Assembly: GCA_021432655.1 (NCBI GenBank)
Contig: MU271182.1
Span: 124,001 to 188,000 of the forward strand
Origin: Atractiella rhizophila
Taxonomy: Eukaryota
Direction of reading: 5' to 3'
DNA length: 64,000 bases
Shown here piece by piece: positions 1-10,716 of this stretch (its first letter is position 1; every line of letters begins with the position of its first letter). The notes beneath the pieces are model-generated. The model was not told the origin of the DNA. It worked only from the letters and a program-made list of their open reading frames with translations, and ran no database searches. The position numbers and the translations under genes are program-made.

Positions 1-3000
1 TGCTTCTTGCATCGACCACAAGTCTTTACAGCTCCAAGGTTGCCCTTCTTTGTTGGCTTCATGTATGTCACTTTCACTGGTGGAGGGAGTGTCGTTTGAA
101 GTTTCCAGAATGGCTTGATGGCTGCTCAACACTATTAGTAAATTCCTTTTCTTATCAATAAAAGCGTTCAAACTCACAGTCTCCTCTGGCTACTCTCTGA
201 ATACGACTAGCAACCTCCTTCTCGATTGCAAATAATCCGTTTTTGAGCACCAAACCATCGCGAATGATTTTGTCTTTCGGAACACCCTTCTCTGCATTGT
301 AATACGCAGGGTTCAAGATAAGCTGGGGGTTATTATAGTTCTCAGCAAACAACTTCAGCTGCATCTCCGTCATTGAAGAAGTAGCTTTGAACTGGAGTCG
401 GCAGGCTGCAAGCTTCCAGAAGGCATCAGAGTACATTTGAATTGTACTCTTCTCCTGATAATCTGCAAACGAAGTGCCTGTTGCTGAAGTAAAGGTCTGT
501 GACGTTCGAGATTGGGAGACATTCGTAGGCAGAGGAACTGGTGGTGGTTGTGCTTCCACATCCATACTTGTGGAAGATGGGGACTGGTTCGATTTTATAA
601 AGTTCCAAAAAGAAGGTAGCGGAGGTGGCTTGATATCTGGCTCCAAAAGTTCTCGATTTAGATGAGGGCGTTTGGAGGAGATGGCGAGCATAGTAGTGGC
701 ATCATCCTCACTATCCAATTGGGTTGCCGTGCGCTTTTCTGGCAAGCAAGATGAACTAATCGCAGAATGTTGTAAAGGAGTGTTCTCAGGTTTCTATAAC
801 AGCTCAATATGAATATATTCTCATGTTAAGAAGACTGGGAAAGAGAAGACTTACAGCCTTCGGAAACACCTCCATTTCAACATCAGAGTCCACAGGAAGC
901 TCACCATTCATGACAACCGTTCCATTCATAACAGCCATAACAATCACTTCGGGGTGTTCAATATCATCTGGTTTGAGAGTCTGGAGAAGCTCCTTTCGCT
1001 TCGCTTTATAGCGATCTAGGTCAACTCCTGTAAATCTAAACTCATGAAATATCAATAAATGTACTACTCCCAGTAGCATATACAGAAAACATACTGCTTT
1101 TCACGCTTGACCAATCCAAACTCGTGCTTCGAAAAAACGTCCAGCAGTTTAGGCTGGCTTGAAGAGTATAAGATTTCTTCCAGGCGAAGATTCCAATCCA
1201 CAAGAAAGATGTGGTGGGTACCAGCCTCAATAACCTTCTTCCGAAATGCTCGTGATGGTGAGTCAGCTGGCTGAGAGCAGTTCTTAATTTTGACAAGGAG
1301 GTTTTTACGTAAGAAGATATCGGGAAGGACACTCAGAACAGTTGTAAGAGAAGAAGCCGATCCACAAAATGGCTCGCCAGCTGCATTATGCCAGTTTTCA
1401 TTATTTGATGTTGTAAACGGGAGTTGCTGATGCTTTGGAATAAGGCATCCCTTCGCAATGTGGCCTTTTTGAAGCTCGAATGTGGCACAGCACTTGTTCC
1501 AAAGATCAGGATTCTTCTTGAACTTGTCTTCAACTTTCGTAAGCCGCTCCAAGCTTTCTTCAACTGAATAATACTCAGCAACCCCACCGTGCAAGTCTGC
1601 CTTCTTCTTCAAGATTGCGTCTCGAAATGCCACAACGAAATCTGCTCGTGCCGGATTGATATGAGGAATTGTTTCAAAGACACGCATTTCGAGATGAGCT
1701 AGATCCTGACCAATCCAGAGTTCGGGCACATAGAGAAGGATACTGTTCCTATGTTGACAGCAGAGGTCAACACATGCCTGCCCGCTACCTTCAAAGTCGA
1801 CTCCAAGGAGCCGTGCACGTTGAGCAAAATCTTGAAGTGGTGGACCCATCTCGAGCGGTGAGTTTCCAACAAGAAATTCCTGGATTGTTATCATTAGGCC
1901 TTGAATTTACAGATGACGGCAACCTTATAACTTACGTATCCCACAAGTTCTCGGTCCTCATTTACCATCGTCAACAATCCTCCACCAAAAATATTTGTAA
2001 CTTGTACTTTTTGACGACCACCAGTCTCCTTCACGGTAGTGTAAATGTTTGCCTTCTTGGCGACCTTGAGGGTTGCATCGAGGCCTAACGAAAGACCTGG
2101 TGGTTTTTTTTGGGTTGGGGGGCCAGGTTAAGCCAAAATACATACCAGTAAGGGTCTTCAAATACATGTTGCTTTCTGGGCCACGCTCACACTCTATCCA
2201 GTGTTCGTAGATTGTCTTGATGAGGTCAGATGATGGAGAGGGATTAATTGCATCAGCTTTTATAGTTGGATCGGCAGCTCTGGATAGAACAGCTGGGAAC
2301 TGTTTCAAGATTGGCTTGAACGGGCCGGAAGGCCATTTGTGACGAATCTGTTCTTCAATAGCGTACTGTTGCCAAACTCGTTTAATCTGCTGGACATGCT
2401 CCGAATGTAGCTCTGCAAAACACAAAGAGTGTATAAGTTGTTTTTTCTAAGCAAAGACAGTAATTACGCACGCTGAATCGCTTCTCCCAGTTTGCCAACA
2501 TCAGTCTTTGGCCGTAATTCTGTAATAAAGTTGAACAGCTCTCGAGTGACAGCTGATGACTCCCGGAAGTAAGGTATTCCATCTATGCAAGCAGCTTAGT
2601 CATGTGTTTATTAAATCATTTTAAAAAATACACGATACCTAATTCATATGGCTGAAAGTTCCTCCAAAAGTTAGGAGAGGTTGTGCTCCATTTGCCATGA
2701 GTCTGACATTTGAGAGAACAACCAATTGCTTTCAAATTGCATGATAGCCCATAAACTGAGCGATAACCAGTTGGCGCCAGCCCCTGCTTTTCAACTTTCG
2801 CCATGCAGCCTTTGACCGGACATTTCTCCATATTATAGCCAGGAAAGTATTCAGGAGTTAGGACAAGGAGAGGTTCAACGAGAAATTTTTCCGGACAGTC
2901 AGAAACGTTTCTTCGCCGTAAATGGTCATAATCGGCAGTGGGAGGAATGAAAAGAGGTCCATAGAGGGGAAAGCCAGTGGGAATGGCTCCTTGGTTAATC

Positions 3001-3321
3001 TACATTTTACTTGTAACCCAGAGACTTTAAAATAAGTACAGAATAGCATACCTCTCTGTCAAGGACTCGGTTAACAATTTTCCTATATTCTAACACTTGG
3101 GCAGCAAAGAATAGTTGCCCCTCTTCTCCCACAATACTTTTATTTTCCTTCCATTTCTCCACTGTATCATTGACCGATTCACTTGTCCACATTGTTTCCC
3201 AGTCCACAAGCCAGTTTCCCTTCTTATTCCCAGCCTTCTGTCGAGTGTGGGTCTCTAGCACCTGTTTGCACAGTGCCTTCACGACAGGGGGATCGAAGAT
3301 GTTGGAGGAAAGTGCAGACAT
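1..3321 (-). pseudogene. Multi-exon, frameshifted gene: Cys-rich DUF6729-like domain followed by a putative DDE transposase-like core; runs off the window start
   Basis: Collinear minus-strand ORF pieces joined by short GT-AG introns. Motifs: CPVKGC...GYRSVYGL...IGCSLKC (2616-2831), QLHSEH, GLDATLKVAKK (~2060-2095), VDLCC (~1760), GHIAKGC...TTSNNENWH (~1390-1470). ATG at 3321. Family call is by motif recall only. Confidence 0.45.
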
Positions 3322-3829
3322 GGCGATTGAATAAGGTCCAATGAGCTGGTACTCTGCTGGGAGAAGGCGTGAAGGGTGGGACAGAGTGGATGCAATGAGG
3401 AGGGGTGGGGCACAAGAGAGCAGTGGCCGTGGAAGTTGGTGGACGGAAGGTGAGAAGCAAGCTGAAACAGAAAATACTGGGAGATAATTGTTAGTACAAC
3501 ATTCATGCAAAGAGGAAAAAATGAGACATAACAAGAGAGGCGCACCTTTTCGCCGTGCTGCAGAAGCACACTCACAGATCAGAGAATAGAGGATGTCAGA
3601 AGAAGCTAGGTGGATGAGAAGATGGGGAAGGAAGCGTGGCGGATGGGTAGATGGAAGAAGGAGGAAAGGACTTGTACAACTACACCAGTCCTTTCCTCCG
3701 CCTTTGCTTAGGGTTTGTGGGTCCGTCCTTCTTCCTTCTCCATTCACGCTTTCTTCTGAGAACTCTTCTCTTCTTTCGAAGGAAGATTTGGCCGTGTTTG
3801 TGGCCTCGGACACGCGGCGCGCCCGACAT

Positions 3830-4195
3830 TGACCAGTTTCCCCGCAGCACAAACTGGTCGACCAGTTTTCGACCAGTTTTAACCCCGACGGTCTCCGACC
3901 CCTGGGGCGACGGGTCTGCTATTTTGGCTCACAGTTCTAGGCTTCTAGCGAAGTGCTGCGGCAAACGACGATGAAATTTGATGATGATGATGATGATGAT
4001 GAAATCCATTAACGAGCTTTTTGCGGCAAACTGGTCGCCCCCAGGGGTTTGCGCAAGCGGCTGGAGGCCGCAAGCGAAAAATGGTTTTGCGCTTCAATTT
4101 TGAGAAAATTTGCAGCCAAAAAGCAGGTCAAAACTGGTCGACCAGTTTTATCGCCGACCAACTCCGACCCCTTGGGCGATGGGTCTGCTGGAAGT
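3830..4195. repeat. Subterminal-type repeat block with perfect palindrome AAACTGGTCGACCAGTTT (3851-3868; 20-bp version at 4130-4149)
   Basis: 4021-4195 is the reverse complement of ~32328-32500 (about 90% by eye). 3850-3920 is a related shorter copy. A (GAT)7 microsatellite lies at ~3980-4000. Confidence 0.8.
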
Positions 4196-5089
4196 ACATG
4201 CCAAAATCGCCCTCACCTGGTTTTCAGGTGGCCTGGTTCCACCTGAAGCATCACTGGAAAACCAAGTGAGCATGATCGTGGAAGACAGGTGTTGATCGCG
4301 TGCGTGAAATCCAAGTGTTCTCTACCTGCGCAGTGCTTGCAAATCCAACCTTCCCAAGCGAATGACGAGCTCGAACCCAACTGCCAACAACGACATCGAG
4401 TTGATGATGATGAAGAAGTCATATTATAGAGCTTTTCGAACCTAGAGGTTATGAAGCTCTTCATCGAGACGTGTAGTTACAAGGACCCAGTGGAGCTCTT
4501 CCCTCCTCCTTTTCCGTGCCTCTTCCTCTTTACTCCTTCCGCTCCATAACCACTTCTCCCGACTACCTTCTGGGTCCCCCGAAGGATAAGATGCTTCTCG
4601 TTTTGCTTGACAGAGTAGATGGCTGGTTGAGAGTCAAAACTCCCCTGGAGGATAGGTTTTGACGCGACACATAATTAGGCTGGCACATAGGATATTAGCT
4701 TCGTGTTCTGATAAAAGGAAACAGAAATAAAATACAACAAAAGTTTATGGGGAAAAAGCGAAAGATGGAAGTGAAGCAAAAGCATGAAATTTGAAGGATG
4801 TTGAAGTAAAAGGGTTGTAAATGGGAGAGAAGGATTTGGAAAGGCTTAGCTTAACGATGAAGTGTTAGGTGTGGTTGCCAAAGTGAACCATTACCCCACT
4901 CCTGTTCGGACACCAGACGGACGGGAAGCCTCGTACACTTTCTTTTTGTGCCTGAGGATTCTCTCTGTGGACCGAGCGTGAAGGGTGAATCTCCTGGTAG
5001 CGCGGATGAACCTCCAAAGTGGTGGGATGGCGTCGCAGTTGGCGAGGACGGAAGCAACGCTTGTGAGACGAACTCCAACCTTTGCCAGG

Positions 5090-6131
5090 TCCGTCTTGAG
5101 GATGTTTCGTTGTCTCCCTGTTTGGCCGTCTCCCGGGAATGACAGAACTCACAGAGGGGGGGCTCCTGCACCGTTCTTCGATGCAGGTAGTCCCCGAGAC
5201 CAACATGTCCGGACCTAAGTTGTACGACCACTGATGCAACGGGACGAGGGAGCTCCGCCAGCATCTTGTAGGTATCCGGAGACGATAGACCTCCTTTTGC
5301 CTTGTCGTGGTGTTTGGAAACACGCAGATTAGCTGTTTGTCGTGCAGGGAGGGAGCGAATTGTCTGGGAGAAGGAGGAGGGGCTGAATGGAAAAGGGTAA
5401 GGTGTGTGTGCCTCAAGATCCTCCGTAGCCTCCTTCGCGAGTGAATCTGCCGCCTCGTTGCCCTGGGATCTATTGAAGCCGGAATCGAACGTAGGGGTGC
5501 AGGCTGGTGAGGGCCTCCAAGGTAGAATGGATGTCGAAGAGGATATGTTGGCCAGGACGTGCTTTGGGGCGGTGTGAGAGAGACTGAATAGCACTTTGGC
5601 TGTCCGAGAAGATGACCACATTGGGAGGGAGGTCGTCACCACGCGCGATACGACCCAAGGAGACCCTGATAGCCGTCAATTCCACTTCGAATACCGAACT
5701 CCTCCCTGGTCGCCCAACCTGACAGAACCACTCCATCCCGACTCCAACTCCACCGCTGCTGCTCCCACCCCTTCCGAACCACCTGATCCATCAGTAAAAA
5801 TATGGAGGTCTGTTCTGTTGTTGGCAATCTCATTGTACGCATCAAGCGCTAGTTCCTTAGATTCAGGGATTATGGAGAAGAGTGGGAGGAAGTCGGGGGG
5901 GAGGGGGAGAGGGCTTAGAATTTCGAGGTCGGTTGGAAAGAGAATGTCGGATGAATGGAAGACGTGATGAAGTGGTGAAGGGAACTTATTTACAAATGAA
6001 ATTCTTCTGGAGCGAGCCAGCGCTCCAGCAGGGTTGGAATCAGGAAGTGTAAGGAGGCGTGATGCACTGCGAAAGATGGAATAATTTCCTAGCCAGCTTA
6101 GACGAACAGTCGCTCTGGACTGCTTCATCAT
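5090..6131 (-). pseudogene. LINE ORF2 C-terminal part: RNase H and Cys motif (frameshifted)
   Basis: HIFTDGS...GVGAAAV, SSVFEVELTAI, IFSDSQSAIQSL, GNEAADSLAKEA, QLRSGHVGLGDYLHR...CEFC, spread over three frames. Confidence 0.85.
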
Positions 6132-7430
6132 ACGCCAAACATGAGAATCGAGAGAAATAAATCCCGCCCCTCCAGAATCCGGATGGCTCTATCACCTTCG
6201 ACAATGAAGGGAAAGCGAGGGTGTTCCACGACACCTTCAGCGCTTCTCACCCCAACCCCACACTAGATGACTTACAACAGGAACCACCTGTAAGCGATGA
6301 TTGGATTGACTTCGGCGAAATCACAATCCAGGAGCTTGACCGCTCCATCGAGAGTGCGTGCGAAGAAAAAGCCAGCACCAGGAGATGATGGGATATCCAA
6401 CTGGGTGCTAAAAGAGCTCTGGGACATCATCAGGGAAGTTCTCTTTCATATTATCAATTCTTGTTATTCCCTTTGCTACTATCCACAAAAATAGAAATGT
6501 TTCTCTACGGCTATATTAAAGAAGCCCAAGAAGCCTGACTATAGCATTCCTAAAGCCTATCGCCCGATCGCCTTGCTGAAATGCCTTGCTAAAGTTTTTG
6601 ATGGAGTTCTAGCCGCGAAACTCGCCTTCTTCGCTGAAAAGCACCTCCTACTCCCTAACCAGCACTTTGGCGGACGCTCAGGCCGTAGCACAACGGACGC
6701 CCTCCTCTCAGTTGTAGAGTTCATCATGGAGGGATGGAGAAAGGGCCAGGTAACAGCCGCTGTGTTCCTTGACGTTAAAGGGGCCTTCCCCTCTGTCATT
6801 CACAGCAGGCTCGTCGATAATCTCCGAAAAGCTAAGATTTACCATCGTTTCTGTGATGTGATTATGAACTGGCTGGGAGGCAGATCTACCTCCTACTCAT
6901 TTGGCGGCTTCACCTCTGCTCAACTTCCCATCAACATTGGTCTCGTCCAAGGTTCACCTCTATCCCCGATCCTTTACCTGTTCTACAATGCTCCTCTGCT
7001 TCGCGTAGCTTCTGCTCGGGACTCACTATCGGCAAGCTTCATTGACGACGCCACCTACTTGTACAGGTCGTCATCGGTGGTGCTCGCGATAAATGGACTG
7101 GAAGGAATGCTAAACGAGGCTGAAGAGTGGGGTAGCGACCACGGAGGCCTCTTTGAAAGAGACAAATCTAAGTTTGTTATCTTTACTCGCAATCGTCAAA
7201 GGATAACTACTGGTCTTAGACTCAAGTTCGGCGGCGAAAGACTCGAGATGTCCTACAGCGCAACCCTCCTTGGTGTCATTCTCGACAAGGAGCCACGCTG
7301 GAAGGCCCAACTCTCATCCATTGAGGAGAAGGGGAGAAAACGCCTGATGACGATTGCGTCTCCGGCTAAGACAACTGAAGGCATACCACTTGCTCAGTTT
7401 CGTCGACTCTACATCTCAATTGTCTGCGCC
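6132..7430 (+). pseudogene. LINE reverse transcriptase domain (inverted relative to rest of element)
   Basis: KAPGDDGI, KKPKKPDYSIPKAYRPIALL, QHFGGRSGRST, FLDVKGAF, GLVQGSPLSPILYLFY, FIDD, LLGVILD. Premature TAG at ~6491. Confidence 0.92.
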
Positions 7431-7650
7431 GAGAGATGGCGCATCCATGAATCGTGCTGGAATTCACAAGGATGACGGAACGAGCAGATGGAGAAAAAGA
7501 GAAACGGCGCCAGCCCGGATAGAACGGAAGTGAAAGTCCTGGAGTAATGTATGGTTCTTGAAGAAGTAAAATGTCAAAGTCAGCGTGGGCTGAGGAAAGT
7601 AACGAGTGAAAAGTGGCTGGAGACTTTTGAGTGTTGTATTGAAAACTCGT
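7431..7650 (-). pseudogene. LINE ORF2 N-terminal APE endonuclease fragment
   Basis: DILLLQEPY...YPGWRRF...ARSVILVNSS read on the minus strand; truncated at the inversion junction. Confidence 0.7.
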
Positions 7651-7890
7651 AAGCGGGAGTGGTCCGTGATGGACGAAGAGAAAGAGCTCCTTGATGAGAG
7701 GGCGGGAGGACTATCCCCATGACCAGGTTCATCAGTGCTAGTGGACTGACCAGTAAACGAAGCAAGAAACGGGTTTTGGAAGGGAAGGTGTTCGTGTTGG
7801 GTAATCGGGGTGGTTGCAGGAGGGAGGGTAAGGAGATCTTGTGCAGGAGGTACGGGAGGAGGAGAAATTGTGGGGGAGGGGGCGAGAGGA

Positions 7891-7925
<35 letters not shown>

Positions 7926-7981
7926 AAAGGGAGAACGTAACTGATTAAAGTGAACATCGGGTCCCAAGGAGGTATCACCAT

Positions 7982-9316
7982 TCATTTCAAGTAGTATCTT
8001 GACGACCCTACTTGAATTCGATGTGAGAGCCTAGCTTTGTTCAAAACTTCGCACTCCGTACCCTTACAAAGAGCATTATGCTCAGAAGAATTACATAATG
8101 AACACTTAATTGGTCTATGGGAGCAAGTATGCGCGTCACGACAGGGTTTTGCATTTGCGCAGGAGATGGAGCAAGAGTTAGTGAAATGGGGGCCGGCACA
8201 AACCCCATAAGAAACGGGTGCTTTGCATCTCGCGGTGGTGTGACCAGGTTGCTGACACTTAAAGCAACGAAGAACATCTCTGATTGATTTTTCCACCAAA
8301 TAGGCTTTCCCGTCAATGACGAGACCGAACTCGATTAGTGTCGGCTGCTAAGGCATTGTTGAGGATGATAATTAGGGAGGAGTGGGTTTTGACCTTCTCT
8401 TGGTTGGAGGAGGCTGGCTTCTTCTTAGCGCGGCACCAGGTTATCTTAGAGATGTGGTCGCAGAGGTCGAGGTTGAAGGGGCGATTCGTCTGCGGACCTC
8501 TTCTTCGGAGTCGATGTCGAAGGAGGTGGGGACGGCATGGACAATGACAGGGAAGGACTTTCGTTTGATGGACCATCCGATCTCGAGGTGGTTGATCCAC
8601 TGGTCTTGGGTGTCTATCGCGACTTGTACTTCAGCTGGGTCGTAGAAATGTAGGCGAAGATCGCCACTTTTGAGTCGTTGGGCTGCTCTTACTCTGACAT
8701 GGGGACTGTGCGAAGGGTCGTTTGTGGCAGCTCTCTCTTTCCCCGGTGTCTTTTTATAGACTGCGCTGGGGATGCTTCTCGCCATGAAGAGGTCATTGAA
8801 AATCATGACCAGCTTCTGGGGCTCCTCTTTAATGAGGGTGCACTCCGGAACGGCGCCCTCTTCGAGCAGATCGTTGAGAGCGGAGGCTGCCACACGGTCC
8901 GTTGGGGCTTTCCAGGTGAGCGTGAGCTGTAAGGCCTCGTTAGCAGCACTTTGAGTAGAGGGGGGAGGGGGTTTTTGGTGGGAGACAGAGTGAGGAAGGA
9001 GAGAAGGGAGGGGCTTAGCGTTTGGGTGGCCGTGAAGCTTCTTCAAGTGGCTTGCCATGCTCTCAGCTGTCTCCGCTGCAAATGCGGCAGGGTTGACAGT
9101 CTTCGAGAGCGCAGCCACTGCGTCTTTCAAGTCTGCAACTTGGCCCTTCAAAGTGTCGACTCCGGCTTTGATAACTGGGCCTATCTGTGCTGGATAATCG
9201 AGCAGGCTGGCAAGGTGAATCACCAGACTGTCGAGAAAGTCGAATTCTTGGTTCTTAAAGGTCATGGAGGTGACGTTCCTCTTTAATCTACGCCTGTCGT
9301 ATAGGAAGTCCCGCAA
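7982..9316 (-). pseudogene. LINE ORF1 (gag-like) with three CCHC-type zinc knuckles, frameshifted
   Basis: RLKSGDLRLH, PVIVHAVPTSF, CFKCQQPGHTTARC, (Y)GVCAGPHFTNSC, CSLCNSSEHNALC. Confidence 0.8.
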
Positions 9317-9834
9317 TACTCACCGCATTCCTTGCAGAATGCGGCTCGTCGGCTATCGCCGAGATTGGGCTGACCATCGGGCAAACATTGGCACTTTCAA
9401 CTTTAACAGCTCATTTCTTGGAATCTAATGCTTTGATACTCACAAGACTTGGTTATCGTGTAGAGTAGGTGTAGAGTAGGTTCTCTAATTTTACTCCATA
9501 GCTGCGATAGACATTCCAGCTCGCCCTTTCCGAGTCGTGAGCAGCTGAGCGAGGGCATTTTTCCAGTCTGAGATGATGAAAGTTGATGATGATCTTTCCG
9601 CTCAACTTCCTCCAAGCTCGTTTCAACAACCTGTCGTCAACAGTAACATCAATGGAATAGCATTTCACTTCATTTTCTGGCTTATTTGGGTCTGGTTTAT
9701 AGGGGGACAAGTTTTTGTGGCAGAAATTCGAGTGTAGATTGAACTATGTCGAGATAAAGACAGGCTCACAGTTTTGCGGGAATCTACCTTACAATGCTGC
9801 ATGTACCTTCATCATTATTGGTTGAAATGTCTTA

Positions 9835-10118
9835 TAATTCTAGAGTTTCGAACACTAAGAATCTTCGCATTTATTTACACCAAGTGCAAGGGATAGAGAA
9901 TAAGAGGACGGAAAATATAGTGCATAGAGAAGTTTTGAATTTTCACAATCCGATGCATGTAGACCTATAATGAAATGATATAGATTCATACCAAAACCCA
10001 TGTCCATATGAGCTCGCCCATTGCGAGGCCCCACGCAGTGGCTGCCGGAGGCTGGGGTCCAAGGGGTGAAGCCCCTGGTGGGGGGGATGCCTAAGGGATG
10101 AGGGCACTGACACACTTG
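9835..10118 (+). mobile_element. Helitron 3'-terminal fragment
   Basis: Reverse-complement match to 55161-55420 (helicase C-terminus and 3' UTR). Subterminal hairpins, then CTTG (10115-10118) followed by T. Confidence 0.85.
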
Positions 10119-10405
10119 TGTCTCCTGAAGAGGTTACGGGGCTGAAAAGACACCAGTCTTTCGCGGCAAGTGGAGCTGGAAGTCTAAGAGGAAGGCATGC
10201 CTAAAGATAGCAGATCGTCGAACAGATCATTAGTTATGATAGTCGGATCGCAAGAAGAATGTACAGTCAGACCCCTAAACATGCAGGCCCTCGGTGGACC
10301 ACCTAAGGTTGCATGCATATAAAGGGTGCTTGCATATGAGCAGGGGCAGCAAAAAAGGGGACTTCTGGCTGGGATATTGTCGGAAAACATCAGATATCAC
10401 AAGTA

Positions 10406-10656
10406 TGACAAAATCGTGTGCCCCCTCCTTTCGCCACTTGCGCACTTGCGCGTTTAGTTTCCTTCGAGCACTTTCTGGAACTGTGGCCAATCTTTTGCCA
10501 CAGGGATCTCTCTGTTATAAAAGCTTGTAAACCTGCAAGTGCGAGACTTATACTCATTGTTATCTCGCACTTCGCAGGTAATGTAGTTTCCTTACATACT
10601 AAATGCAACAAATACTCATTGTTATCTTGCACTTCGCAGCTCTAATACATTTGTCA
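10406..10656 (+). repeat. 5' LTR of copia element
   Basis: TGACAAA...TTTGTCA termini; 9 differences from the 3' LTR by manual comparison; contains an internal ~28-bp direct repeat ATACTCATTGTTATCTYGCACTTCGCAG. Confidence 0.95.
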
Positions 10657-10658
10657 AT

Positions 10659-10671
10659 TGGTAGCGAGAGC
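10659..10671 (+). promoter_or_regulatory. Primer-binding site (TGGTAGCG..., initiator-Met tRNA type)
   Basis: Starts 2 nt after the 5' LTR; TGGTAGCG matches the yeast iMet tRNA PBS core. Confidence 0.75.
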
Positions 10672-10716
10672 TACGTTCATATCTAGCCAAGTTCTCCGTC
10701 GCTTCACGAGCCCAAG

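Larger units (their letters stand above)
4620..9330 (-). mobile_element. Degenerate RNase H-encoding non-LTR retrotransposon (Tad1-like LINE) with internally inverted RT segment
   Basis: Minus strand: ORF1 with zinc knuckles, APE endonuclease start and RNase H plus Cys motif. RT is on the plus strand in the middle. Left boundary approximate (GTCAAAAC...GTTTTGAC stem-loop at ~4634-4663 in the putative 3' UTR). Confidence 0.85.

Noticed and set aside
7464..7985. Separate Ser/Pro-rich 173-aa gene
   Set aside because: Low-complexity segment between LINE ORF1 and the endonuclease; part of the element.
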